DNA from: Candidatus Wildermuthbacteria bacterium
Lineage (GTDB): Bacteria > Patescibacteriota > Minisyncoccia > Minisyncoccales > UBA10102
Length of the DNA: 64,000 nt
Direction of reading: 5' to 3'
NCBI GenBank assembly: GCA_016203455.1
Contig: JACQMR010000009.1
Location: forward strand, 6,524-70,523
Shown here: positions 45,059 through 53,635 of the stretch, one piece after another
Position numbering within the stretch: position 1 is the first letter of the stretch
Layout of the letters: the number at the start of each line of letters is the position of its first letter
The notes under the pieces: generated by a model
What the model was told of the DNA's origin: nothing
What the model saw: the letters and a program-made list of their open reading frames with translations, nothing else
Databases searched by the model: none
Position numbers and translations under genes: made by a program

Positions 45059-46426
45059 ATGCCTACTTATTTTTCTTTTCCGAGCAAGAATGAAAGCTCT
45101 ATCGCGGAAGAACGGGAGGTTTTAGAAAAACTTAGTCAGGCGGCAAAGATTGCTTCTGTATTGTATGAATCGCAAAAAAACGCCGGTCATCCGGGAGCTA
45201 ATTTTTATCCTGTTGGCGTTACAAAAAAGGAGTTGGAGTTTGCGGCAAGAAAGAATCCTAAAATTTTGGATCCCTACACTATCGTTGAAAGAAAAGGGAA
45301 AGAGCTGGTTGCCGTGCCGTATAGCGTAAAATACAAAAAAGAATTGGAAGAAATTTCCGGACTTTTGAAAGCCGCGGCTAGCATGTCTTCAGACAGAGGA
45401 CTTCAGGCATATCTTCGCTCGCGGGCAAAGGACTTACTGAATGATAACTATGACAAGAGCAACATTCTTTGGTTGAAAACAAAGGGTTCTGCGGTAGGAT
45501 GCGTGATTGGAGCGTTTGACAGATATTTAGACAAGCTGTTTTTTAAAAAACGCGCGTTTATGGCGTGGGCGGGGATTTTAGATCAAAAACTGACCAGCGA
45601 AATGAATCGCCTGAAAGAGTTGATTCTCACAACCGAACGAGCGTTTCTTCCCGGGGCAAACCGCGCGAGAATAGCGAATACGGAAATTCGCGTAGAGGAC
45701 ACAGCGGCATTTTCCGGTTTAGCCGCGGATTTCTTGTTTGTGGGGAATAATCTCCCCTCTTCCGCGGATATTGATCTTATACAAAAACATGGAACGGTTT
45801 TCACGATTTTTAAGCCAACGCTTGAATGGCGATTTCATGCGTGGGTGCTCCCGATTTTCAGGCGATTGTTTGACGAGGAAACAAAAAATAAATTTTCTGA
45901 CCAGGATTTGCAGTCGGCGTTTATCCAGAGCGTGGTTTTGCACGAATCATGCCATTCTTTAATGCGCTACAAAGACGCACCCGCTCGTTTAGAAGAGCTG
46001 TTTCCGTATCTTGACGAATTATTTACCGATCTCTTGGGTATTAAGGGATGCGGGACGCTTATATTAAAAAACGCCTTAACCGAGCATGAATTGGAAGCCA
46101 TTGTCGCGGTCGCGGTATGCAGAAGCTTATATTTTTACGCCTCTTTGCTGGATCGCCCGCATATTGACCCCTACGCGACAGGAGGAGCATTGGTTATGGA
46201 ATTTTTATGTAAAGCCGGCGCGCTTCTGCAAAAAAAGGATGGTTTTCATTTGGATTCGTATAGAGCTCTTATCGCGCTGAATCAGTTGACTTCCATTATT
46301 GAGTATTATATTGCTCTTGGAAATCACGCGGAGGCAAAAGAGTTTTTGAAAAGGTTCGCGGTGAAAAAGATTTTCTCCCCATTTTTGCCGTATCTTGCAG
46401 GACTTCCCCACGGCGGGTCTCTTTGA
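45059..46426 (+). CDS. Zincin metallopeptidase-like (M49/DPP III-related)
   Basis: GANFYP, NNLP, HESCH (HExxH), downstream DELFTD. Confidence 0.6.
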   Translation: MPTYFSFPSKNESSIAEEREVLEKLSQAAKIASVLYESQKNAGHPGANFYPVGVTKKELEFAARKNPKILDPYTIVERKGKELVAVPYSVKYKKELEEISGLLKAAASMSSDRGLQAYLRSRAKDLLNDNYDKSNILWLKTKGSAVGCVIGAFDRYLDKLFFKKRAFMAWAGILDQKLTSEMNRLKELILTTERAFLPGANRARIANTEIRVEDTAAFSGLAADFLFVGNNLPSSADIDLIQKHGTVFTIFKPTLEWRFHAWVLPIFRRLFDEETKNKFSDQDLQSAFIQSVVLHESCHSLMRYKDAPARLEELFPYLDELFTDLLGIKGCGTLILKNALTEHELEAIVAVAVCRSLYFYASLLDRPHIDPYATGGALVMEFLCKAGALLQKKDGFHLDSYRALIALNQLTSIIEYYIALGNHAEAKEFLKRFAVKKIFSPFLPYLAGLPHGGSL

Positions 46427-46522
46427 CAGAGGGCATATTTCATGTAGTATAGCTGGTGCTACCTGGTAGCATGCGTTCTTTGAGAATATGAAAAGACGAT
46501 TGTTTTTAAGGAGGAGAGTCCT

Positions 46523-47446
46523 ATGTACGGTATTATCGTGCATGGCGGAGCTGGCGGCACTTCTCCTCTCGCGGAAGAGGGGTGCAGGCGGGCCGCCGAA
46601 ATCGGAATGGATATCCTCCGGCGCGGAGGGTCTTCATTAGACGCGGTTATTGCCGCCGTAAGATTTCTGGAGGACTCCGGAGATTTTAACGCAGGCACGG
46701 GGTCCGTCTTGCGGGCAGACGGCAAAACCATAGAGATGGACGCGGTTGTTGCGAATTCAAGCGGCATGTATGGTGCCGTTGCCGCGGTCCGCGATATTAA
46801 AAATCCGGTTCTTTTGGCTCTGGCGCTTTCAGCCACAACTACGCGTTTCTTGGTCGGCGATGGCGCGAGGGCATTTGCGCGTCAAATGGGGCTTGAAGAT
46901 CACCCTGGTCCTACGCCGCGGGCCCTTGAGAGAGCCGCTCAATTGAGGGCTCTGCTTATGGGGGCGTACAGGGGCGGAACCTTGAGCACGGTAGCTCCTG
47001 GGTGGGATCCTGTGGAGTTGCAACAATACGGAATCATTCCTGAAGGGGATGGCGCTCTGTTCTACGCCCGAGATTGTGACACGGTCGGGGCGATTGGCCT
47101 GGATCGTCAAGGGGTTTTTGCTATCGCCGGCTCTACCGGCGGAAGCGGGCTCATGCGCCTTGGGCGCGTGGGAGATGTCACTGCCGATGGCGCCGGGCAT
47201 CGTCTTGGCTCTTTCGGAGGCGTCCTGGCAACAGGTGTGGGAGAAGCTATCATGGCACGAAGGGGGGCAGAGCAGGTCGCGCGTCTCATTGAAGAGATGG
47301 GATTCGCGCCCCAAGACGCCTGCGCCCATGTCGCGCTAAAGGTGTTCCCTCCCGAAACAGATGTTGGGTTCATTGCAATGAACAGGAACGGCGTGGGGCA
47401 TAACGCAAACTGCCCCATGTCGTTTCATTATATGACTGACGAGTAA
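46523..47446 (+). CDS. Isoaspartyl peptidase / L-asparaginase (Ntn hydrolase)
   Basis: VHGGAG, LED, FNAG, EMDA, DTVGA (Thr nucleophile), STGG, GRVGD, TGVGE. Confidence 0.93.
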   Translation: MYGIIVHGGAGGTSPLAEEGCRRAAEIGMDILRRGGSSLDAVIAAVRFLEDSGDFNAGTGSVLRADGKTIEMDAVVANSSGMYGAVAAVRDIKNPVLLALALSATTTRFLVGDGARAFARQMGLEDHPGPTPRALERAAQLRALLMGAYRGGTLSTVAPGWDPVELQQYGIIPEGDGALFYARDCDTVGAIGLDRQGVFAIAGSTGGSGLMRLGRVGDVTADGAGHRLGSFGGVLATGVGEAIMARRGAEQVARLIEEMGFAPQDACAHVALKVFPPETDVGFIAMNRNGVGHNANCPMSFHYMTDE

Positions 47447-47448
47447 TG

Positions 47449-47483
47449 GGTCTTTGCCTCTCTGGTAAAGACCTTTTCTTTTT
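47449..47483 (+). terminator. Intrinsic terminator
   Basis: GGTCTTTGCC-TCTCT-GGTAAAGACC-TTTTCTTTTT. Confidence 0.7.
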
Positions 47484-47520
47484 ATAAGCTTGGCTGTGAT
47501 TCGTGGTATAATCCTTGATT

Positions 47521-49245
47521 ATGAAAAATCGTGAAATCGCCCGCGTGTTGCGTCTTTTGGCGCTCTATTTGCGGATGGACGGGGTTTCGTTTAAGCCCCA
47601 AGCACTGGAGAGAGCCGCGGACGGCATAGAAGCATTTAGCGGGGACATTGGGGTTTTATATGGCAAAGAAGGGATAAAGGGGCTGGAGGCGATTCCCGGG
47701 GTAGGGAGAGGCATTGCCCAAAAAGCGGAAGAATATCTTGCTGCGGGCCGCGTGAAAGATTTGGAGGACTACAAGCAAAAGATCGGCATGGATGTGGAGG
47801 AGATAACCCGGGTGGAAGGTATTGGCCCAAAAATGGCAAAAGAGTTGTGGGTGAAACTGAAGATTAAAAATCTCAAGGAGCTGGAAGCGGCGGCAAGAGC
47901 AGGAAAGGTGCGCGCCCTCCCTGGGTTTGGAGAGAAAAAAGAAAGCAATATCCTTGACGGCATCGCCTTTTTAAACCGTTCGCGGGGCCGGCTTTCTCTT
48001 GGTGTCGCGTACCCGTTTGCCAAAGAGTGCGAGCGCATCTTCAAGGAGTCAGGACTCGTGGACAATGTCGTTGCCGCGGGTTCCGTGCGGAGAATGAAAG
48101 AAACCATAGGAGATGTGGATCTTTTGGTATCCAGCAATAATCCCAAAGCGGTGATGGAGTTTGCTTTACAATCCATACCTCATGAAAAGGTGTGGGGCGC
48201 GGGGGAAACCAAAACATCCATGCGGTCTGCGTGGGGTTTTGATATTGATATACGAGTGGTAAAAAAAGACGCGTTTGGAGCGGCTCTGCAGTATTTTACC
48301 GGGTCAAAAGAACATAATGTGAAATTGCGCGCTAGGGCCATGCAGTTAGGGTACAAGCTTTCCGAATACGGGTTGTTCAGAGGAGAGAAACTCATTGCGT
48401 CCCGCACGGAAGAAGATATATATAGGGCGCTGGGGTTGCGGTATATAGAGCCGGAAATGAGAGAAGATGCCGGAGAAATTGAGGCGGCCGCGCAAGGCGT
48501 TTTGCCCGCGCCTATCGGTTATGGGGATTTACGGGGAGATTTGCAGACGCAGACCGACTGGACCGACGGCGAGGACTCCATAGAAACCATGGCGCTGGAA
48601 GCAAAAAAGGCGGGGCTGGAATATATCGCCATTACAGATCATACTCAAGACCTTGCCATGACCAGGGGATCAGACGAGAAGCGTCTCTTGCGTCAAATGG
48701 CAGAAATTGATACTCTCAACAAGAAGATTTCCGGCTTTCGCGTATTAAAGGGAGCGGAGGTGAACATTAGGAAGGACGGTTCCCTGGACATTCAAGATGA
48801 GGTTTTGGCTCAACTGGATGTCGTGGGGGTGTCTGTGCATTCATTGTTTCGCATGACAAGCAAAGATATGACAGAGCGGATTTCAAGAGCCATGAGAAAT
48901 CCGTTTGTGGACATTCTTTTTCATCCAACCGGCCGTCTCGTTTTAAAGCGAGATGCCTATCAGGTGGATATGGCGGAGATTATTCGCGTGGCAAAAGAAA
49001 CCGGGACTATTCTTGAAATCAACGCGTTTCCGGAACGGCTGGATCTTAAGGACACTCATATCAGACAGGCGGTGGACGCGGGGGTGAAAATGGCCATTGA
49101 TTCTGACGCTCACCAAAAGGGTCATTTTGAGGTATTGCGGTATGGCATTGGCCAGGCGAAAAGAGGATGGGCGAGAAAGCAAGATATTATAAATACAAAA
49201 GATGTTGCCGAGTGTCTAGCGTCTCTTAAAAAAAGCCCAGAGTAG
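47521..49245 (+). CDS. polX: DNA polymerase X with PHP domain
   Basis: HhH motifs, GSVRR, GDVDL, YFTGSKEHN, ITDH, FHPTGR, SDAH. Confidence 0.95.
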   Translation: MKNREIARVLRLLALYLRMDGVSFKPQALERAADGIEAFSGDIGVLYGKEGIKGLEAIPGVGRGIAQKAEEYLAAGRVKDLEDYKQKIGMDVEEITRVEGIGPKMAKELWVKLKIKNLKELEAAARAGKVRALPGFGEKKESNILDGIAFLNRSRGRLSLGVAYPFAKECERIFKESGLVDNVVAAGSVRRMKETIGDVDLLVSSNNPKAVMEFALQSIPHEKVWGAGETKTSMRSAWGFDIDIRVVKKDAFGAALQYFTGSKEHNVKLRARAMQLGYKLSEYGLFRGEKLIASRTEEDIYRALGLRYIEPEMREDAGEIEAAAQGVLPAPIGYGDLRGDLQTQTDWTDGEDSIETMALEAKKAGLEYIAITDHTQDLAMTRGSDEKRLLRQMAEIDTLNKKISGFRVLKGAEVNIRKDGSLDIQDEVLAQLDVVGVSVHSLFRMTSKDMTERISRAMRNPFVDILFHPTGRLVLKRDAYQVDMAEIIRVAKETGTILEINAFPERLDLKDTHIRQAVDAGVKMAIDSDAHQKGHFEVLRYGIGQAKRGWARKQDIINTKDVAECLASLKKSPE

Positions 49246-49253
49246 AATAACTC

Positions 49254-49326
49254 TTGTATTTTGTATAGTGTAGCTTGTATCTAGGGTGCCGAATACAACA
49301 TACAAGATACAAAACACGAGATACAA
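49254..49326. repeat. Inverted 7-nt arrays with a 10-nt spacer ('empty' counterpart of 8913-9332)
   Basis: TTGTATT TTGTATA GTGTAGC TTGTATC - TAGGGTGCCG - AATACAA CATACAA GATACAA AACACGA GATACAA. Confidence 0.9.
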
Positions 49327-49338
49327 ATTCCCAGCAAT

Positions 49339-49779
49339 ATGCCGAGAGAAAAATCAACAGGAGCCATTGTGTATCTTATGGAGGAGGGGGAACCCCTCTA
49401 TCTTTTATTGCACTATCCAACGACAAAAAGGGCAAAAAAGGAGTATTGGGATTTTCCCAAGGGCCATGTGGAGGAAGGGGAAACCGAGAAAGCAACGGCA
49501 ACCAGGGAGATCGCGGAAGAAACAGACCTGAAAGACATTGTGTTCATAGAGGGCTTCAGAGAGAGCATCCAATATTTTTTCAGGGTGGACAAAAAGACGA
49601 TTTTCAAGACCGCGGTGTTTTTTTTGGCGAAAACCAAAAACAAAGATGTGAAAATTTCCCCGGAGCATCAGGGGTTTGCGTGGCTGGCGTACGAGAACGC
49701 TCTCGCGCGCTTGAAATTCGCGAATGCAAGGCGGTTGCTGAAAAAAGCGCACCGTCTTCTGGGGAAGTTGGGAAGTTAG
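49339..49779 (+). CDS. NUDIX hydrolase (Ap4A hydrolase-like)
   Basis: WDFPKGHVEEGETEKATATREIAEET, SPEH. Confidence 0.9.
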   Translation: MPREKSTGAIVYLMEEGEPLYLLLHYPTTKRAKKEYWDFPKGHVEEGETEKATATREIAEETDLKDIVFIEGFRESIQYFFRVDKKTIFKTAVFFLAKTKNKDVKISPEHQGFAWLAYENALARLKFANARRLLKKAHRLLGKLGS

Positions 49780-49795
49780 CTTTGCAATCGCCACC

Positions 49796-49834
49796 AAAAA
49801 GGCGTAGTGGGGTCAGACCCCACTACGCCTTTTT
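49796..49834. terminator. Bidirectional terminator
   Basis: AAAAAGGCGTAGTGGGG-TCAGA-CCCCACTACGCCTTTTT. Confidence 0.85.
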
Positions 49835-49844
49835 GTGTTTAATG

Positions 49845-50192
49845 CTAGCCCCGCGCTTTTTGTATAATGTTTTGGAATACGGCGGGGTGGTTTTGAGCCA
49901 AAGAAGCAAGGATTTTTCTATCCAGTTCAATGTTTTGTTTTTTAAGCAAGGGAATCAGTTTGCTGTATGAAACTCCCGCCGCTTTTGCCGCGGCGGAAAT
50001 TTGCGTCTGCCACAGTCCTCTAGCCAGCCGTTTTTTTACTTTGCGGTCCCTGAAAGCATAGGCGAGGCCATGCATGACGGCCTGCTTTGCCAGCTTGTAC
50101 TTTGCTTTTCTGCCCCAGCGAAAACCCTTGGTCTCTTTGAGAACATTTTTTCTGCGCTTATGAGCCGATACTCCTCGTTTAACGCGTGCCAT
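49845..50192 (-). CDS. rplT: 50S ribosomal protein L20
   Basis: MARVKRG, YAFRDRKVKKR, LDRKILA. Confidence 0.97.
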   Translation of the reverse strand: MARVKRGVSAHKRRKNVLKETKGFRWGRKAKYKLAKQAVMHGLAYAFRDRKVKKRLARGLWQTQISAAAKAAGVSYSKLIPLLKKQNIELDRKILASLAQNHPAVFQNIIQKARG

Positions 50193-50199
50193 AGTAGTA

Positions 50200-50400
50200 T
50201 TATGATACCAATGCTTCTTTAATGCGTTTTGCGTCCGGCTTTGAGACAACAACCCATTGCCGTCCCTGCCTGCGCTTTTTCGCGGTCATTTTCATGCGCG
50301 CGTGGTCTTGTCCGGTCAGGCGTCTCAAAATCTTTCCCGTTTTGGTGAATTTGAACCGCTTGGAAACGGACTTTCTGGTTTTTGCTTTATGTTTGGCCAT
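50200..50400 (-). CDS. rpmI: 50S ribosomal protein L35
   Basis: KTRKSVSKRFKFTKTGK; between infC and rplT. Confidence 0.94.
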   Translation of the reverse strand: MAKHKAKTRKSVSKRFKFTKTGKILRRLTGQDHARMKMTAKKRRQGRQWVVVSKPDAKRIKEALVS

Positions 50401-50909
50401 TACTGTTTGCCTATAATCATGCTTAACCCTCTTGGTTCTTGCTGTATGGGTTTTTCCGCTTTTGCAGGAACCCTCGCGTTTAATATGGAAAGGAATTTCT
50501 CAATTTTTTCTTTTGCGTGATCCCGGAGCGCTTTTTGCCTGCCCCGCAGGGGAAGGGCGATTCTTACTCTGTCGCCCCGTGAAAGAAATTTTTCCGCCTG
50601 TTTTACCCTTGTTTCCAGGTCATGGTCTGAAATGTTGAATGTGAGGCGTATCTCTTTTAATCCTCCGCCGGTCGGTTTTTTGATTGCCTTGTCTTTTTTG
50701 TCTTGCTGGTACAGATATTTCCCGTAATCGCCCAGGCGACATACGGGAGGATCCACTTTCTCGGTTACCTGGATTAAGTCACACCCTTTTTGTTGGGCCA
50801 TGACCAGGGCTTCTTGCAGGGTTACCACTCCCACTTGTTTTCCCGTTTCGTCTATGAGGCGCACCTTGCTTGCCCGTATTTGATTGTTGAGGGGTGTTCT
50901 TGCAACCAA
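50400..50909 (-). CDS. infC: Translation initiation factor IF-3 (non-AUG start)
   Basis: NNQIR, VRLIDE, PPVC, DYGKYLY, HDLETR; TTG start, exact position uncertain. Confidence 0.96.
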   Translation of the reverse strand: MVARTPLNNQIRASKVRLIDETGKQVGVVTLQEALVMAQQKGCDLIQVTEKVDPPVCRLGDYGKYLYQQDKKDKAIKKPTGGGLKEIRLTFNISDHDLETRVKQAEKFLSRGDRVRIALPLRGRQKALRDHAKEKIEKFLSILNARVPAKAEKPIQQEPRGLSMIIGKQ

Positions 50910-50970
50910 GATAAAAGTGGAAAAATATTAAAAACCTAAGGTTTTTACAGCTGGGGATCGGGGTGATTTG

Positions 50971-51329
50971 TGGAGGTGGGGAGGATGAGCTCCCTTCTGG
51001 AGAATTTCCGTTCTTCTCTTGTACGGGCGTATCCTTGTTTAGAAATTCGGGAAGAGCGTAAGAACAAGGCAAAGCCGCTTTTCCTCCGGAGCTGTTTATT
51101 TCGGCAGGCGTCTCTCGTTCCGTGAAACGCCGCCTATCCCGATAATTTGCGCCTCCCCCCAATACCGGGAATCTTAAGAGGAGACGGCTGTGAGCTTTAT
51201 GCTACAGCAAGAGCCCTTTGAGGGGCAAAGATGTTGGCACTTGTGGTGCTCCCGGGGTTTTTAACAAGATGCCCTGGAAACTCGGCCCGGGTGAAAAATT
51301 TCCATTCTCCATCGAAACGATTCACCCCC
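50971..51329 (-). ncRNA. ssrA: tmRNA, tag peptide ANIFAPQRALAVA
   Basis: 5' GGGGGTG pairs with 3' CACCTCC-A with a G3:U wobble; tag frame GCCAACATC...GCTGTAGCATAA; adjacent to smpB. Confidence 0.92.
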
Positions 51330-51765
51330 GTTTTAGCGCCCTTTCTATTTCTCGCTTGGATTCGCGTTTTCTTATGGCGTCGCGTTTGTCGTACTGTTTT
51401 TTGCCGCGCGCCAGAGCGAATTCAAGTTTGATCTTGGCTTTTTTAGTATATACCTTAAGGGGCAATAAAGTCAATCCTTTTTCTTGTGTCTTGCCAATGA
51501 GATACCTGATCTCCCGTTTGTGAACAAGGAGTTTTCTGGTCCGGTCCGGAGCGTAATCTCCGGCGTTTTGGGGCTGATACGGGGGTATGATAGACCCCAA
51601 AAGAAACAGCTCTCCTCCTCTCAAGGCGATGTAAGCTCCGGCAAGTTGTATTCTGCCCTGGGAAACCGATTTTACTTCTTGCCCAAAAAGAACCAAGCCG
51701 GCTTCAAAGGTTTCAATAATTTCGTAGTTTTGACGCGCTTTTCTGTTTTCCGCGAGTACGCCCAT
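51322..51765 (-). CDS. smpB: SsrA-binding protein
   Basis: NRKAR, EAGLVLFGQEVKS, RTRKLL, GKKQYDKR. Confidence 0.97.
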   Translation of the reverse strand: MGVLAENRKARQNYEIIETFEAGLVLFGQEVKSVSQGRIQLAGAYIALRGGELFLLGSIIPPYQPQNAGDYAPDRTRKLLVHKREIRYLIGKTQEKGLTLLPLKVYTKKAKIKLEFALARGKKQYDKRDAIRKRESKREIERALKRG

Positions 51766-51805
51766 GGTTTTATTCTACGGCAAAATACGCTACATTAAAA
51801 ACATC

Positions 51806-53563
51806 ATGATAGTGAAAGAATTGGAGAAACTTGTCCAGGCGGCCCTTTTTGCTCTTGCAAAGGAAGGCGTTTTGGATGCGGCACCCGTTGAGCATATTGC
51901 GTTTGAGCATCCGGAGGATAAAAAGCACGGCGATTATTCCGCGAATATCGCCTTGGTTTTGGGAGAAAAGATCGGGAAAAATCCGCGGGAACTTGCCGAA
52001 GGCATCGCGAGGGTTTTTCCGCCGGCGGAGTTTTTAGAAAGGGTTGAGGTGGCGGGCCCCGGTTTTTTGAACTTTTTTTTGTCGCGGGCGTATCTTGCAA
52101 ATGAGCTCGGCGAAATTCTTAAGAAAAAAGAAAAATACGGGAAGGGCGAATGTCGGGGGAAAGTTATTATTGAGTATTCCAGTCCCAATATCGCAAAACC
52201 GTTCGGGATAGGCCATTTGCGATCCACTATTATTGGTCAGGCGATATATAATCTGTACAAGTTTCTCGGGTACGCGTGCGTGGGTATCAATTACCCCGGC
52301 GATTGGGGGACTCCGCATGGCAAGATTCTCTACGAAGTTCATGAGGTTTTGCTCAAAGATAAATCCGCAGAGGAGAAAAAAGATATATTAGAGAATCTAT
52401 CAATAGAGGAATTGGAGCGCTTGTATGTTCAATTTCACAAAGATGCGGCAAGCAATCCTGCATTGGAGGAAGTCGCCCGAAACTGGTTTAAGAAACTGGA
52501 AGACGGAGATAAGGAGGCGCGCATGGTTTGGGAGTACACAAAGAGAGTGAGTTTTAGGGAGTTTGAACGCATATACCGCCTGTTGGATGTTTCAATAGAC
52601 CATACTATCGGAGAGAGTTTCTTTGAGGATAAAATGGATGAGGTAATTAGGGATTTTCAAAAGCGGGGCTTGGCGACAGAGAGCAGAGGCGCGCTTATCG
52701 TATCTTTTCCCAACGAAGAATTGTCGCCCGCGATGCTTTTGAAATCAGACGGCGCGACCACATATTTTACCAGAGATATGGCGAATATGAAGTACCGGCT
52801 GAAACGCTGGAAACCCTCTCTTGTCGTTATTGAAACCGGAGTGGAGCAGAATCTTCACTTTCAACAGGTGTTTCTTGCTTCCCGGCTTGTTGGATATGCG
52901 AAAGACGAGCAGTTCGCGCATGTCTATCACGGGCTGTATAGATCTAAAGAGGGAAAGTTCTCAACCAGGAAAGGAGAGACCATACATCTTGAAGATGTTT
53001 TGCATGACGCGAAAGCCCGGGCGAGAGAGATTTTGGATTCATCAGAGGCGAGTCGGGAATTTTCAGAAAACGAGAAACAGGAGATCGCCGGCGTGGTAGG
53101 CATTGGAGCGGTAAAGTACAACGATCTTTCCCAGCATCCAAGCGGAGACATTGTGTTTGACTGGGATAAGATGCTGAACCTGCGCGGGAATTCCGCCCCC
53201 TATCTCCAGTATACTTATGCTCGGTGCCAGAGCATCCTCCGCAAGTCAAACTTGGCCGGGCCAAGTTATTCACACCTTAACGGGGTTAAGGATGTGAATG
53301 AGGAGGAAATGGGGGTATTGAGGTTGCTGTATAGGTTTCCGGAGGTGGTTGAGGATGCCGCCCGCCGGTTTTCTCCAAATATGGTGTGTTCCTTCGCGTT
53401 TTCCGTGGCGCAGGCGTACAACCTTTTTTACAACACGCATAGGGTGCTGGAAGCGGAAACAAAGGAAATCGCGAATTTTCGCCTCGCTCTCACGAAAGCC
53501 ACCGCCCAGATTATTAAAAACTGTCTGTTCCTTTTGGGTATTCAAGCCCCGGAAAAGATGTAG
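51806..53563 (+). CDS. argS: Arginyl-tRNA synthetase
   Basis: HGDYS, AGPGFLN, EYSSPNIAK, GHLRS, GDWG, PYLQYTYAR, PEKM. Confidence 0.97.
   Translation: MIVKELEKLVQAALFALAKEGVLDAAPVEHIAFEHPEDKKHGDYSANIALVLGEKIGKNPRELAEGIARVFPPAEFLERVEVAGPGFLNFFLSRAYLANELGEILKKKEKYGKGECRGKVIIEYSSPNIAKPFGIGHLRSTIIGQAIYNLYKFLGYACVGINYPGDWGTPHGKILYEVHEVLLKDKSAEEKKDILENLSIEELERLYVQFHKDAASNPALEEVARNWFKKLEDGDKEARMVWEYTKRVSFREFERIYRLLDVSIDHTIGESFFEDKMDEVIRDFQKRGLATESRGALIVSFPNEELSPAMLLKSDGATTYFTRDMANMKYRLKRWKPSLVVIETGVEQNLHFQQVFLASRLVGYAKDEQFAHVYHGLYRSKEGKFSTRKGETIHLEDVLHDAKARAREILDSSEASREFSENEKQEIAGVVGIGAVKYNDLSQHPSGDIVFDWDKMLNLRGNSAPYLQYTYARCQSILRKSNLAGPSYSHLNGVKDVNEEEMGVLRLLYRFPEVVEDAARRFSPNMVCSFAFSVAQAYNLFYNTHRVLEAETKEIANFRLALTKATAQIIKNCLFLLGIQAPEKM
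53249..53296. repeat. Two adjacent hairpins in frame in argS; the second matches the rsmA element
   Basis: AACTTGGC-CGG-GCCAAGTT, then CACACCTTAACGGGGTTAAGGATG identical to 466-489. Confidence 0.9.
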
Positions 53564-53635
53564 GGGCGTATCATGAGCGCGGATTGAGTTCTTGACCGCT
53601 TTCTTTTTGGGCGAGGAAATGGTAAAAATAAAGAT

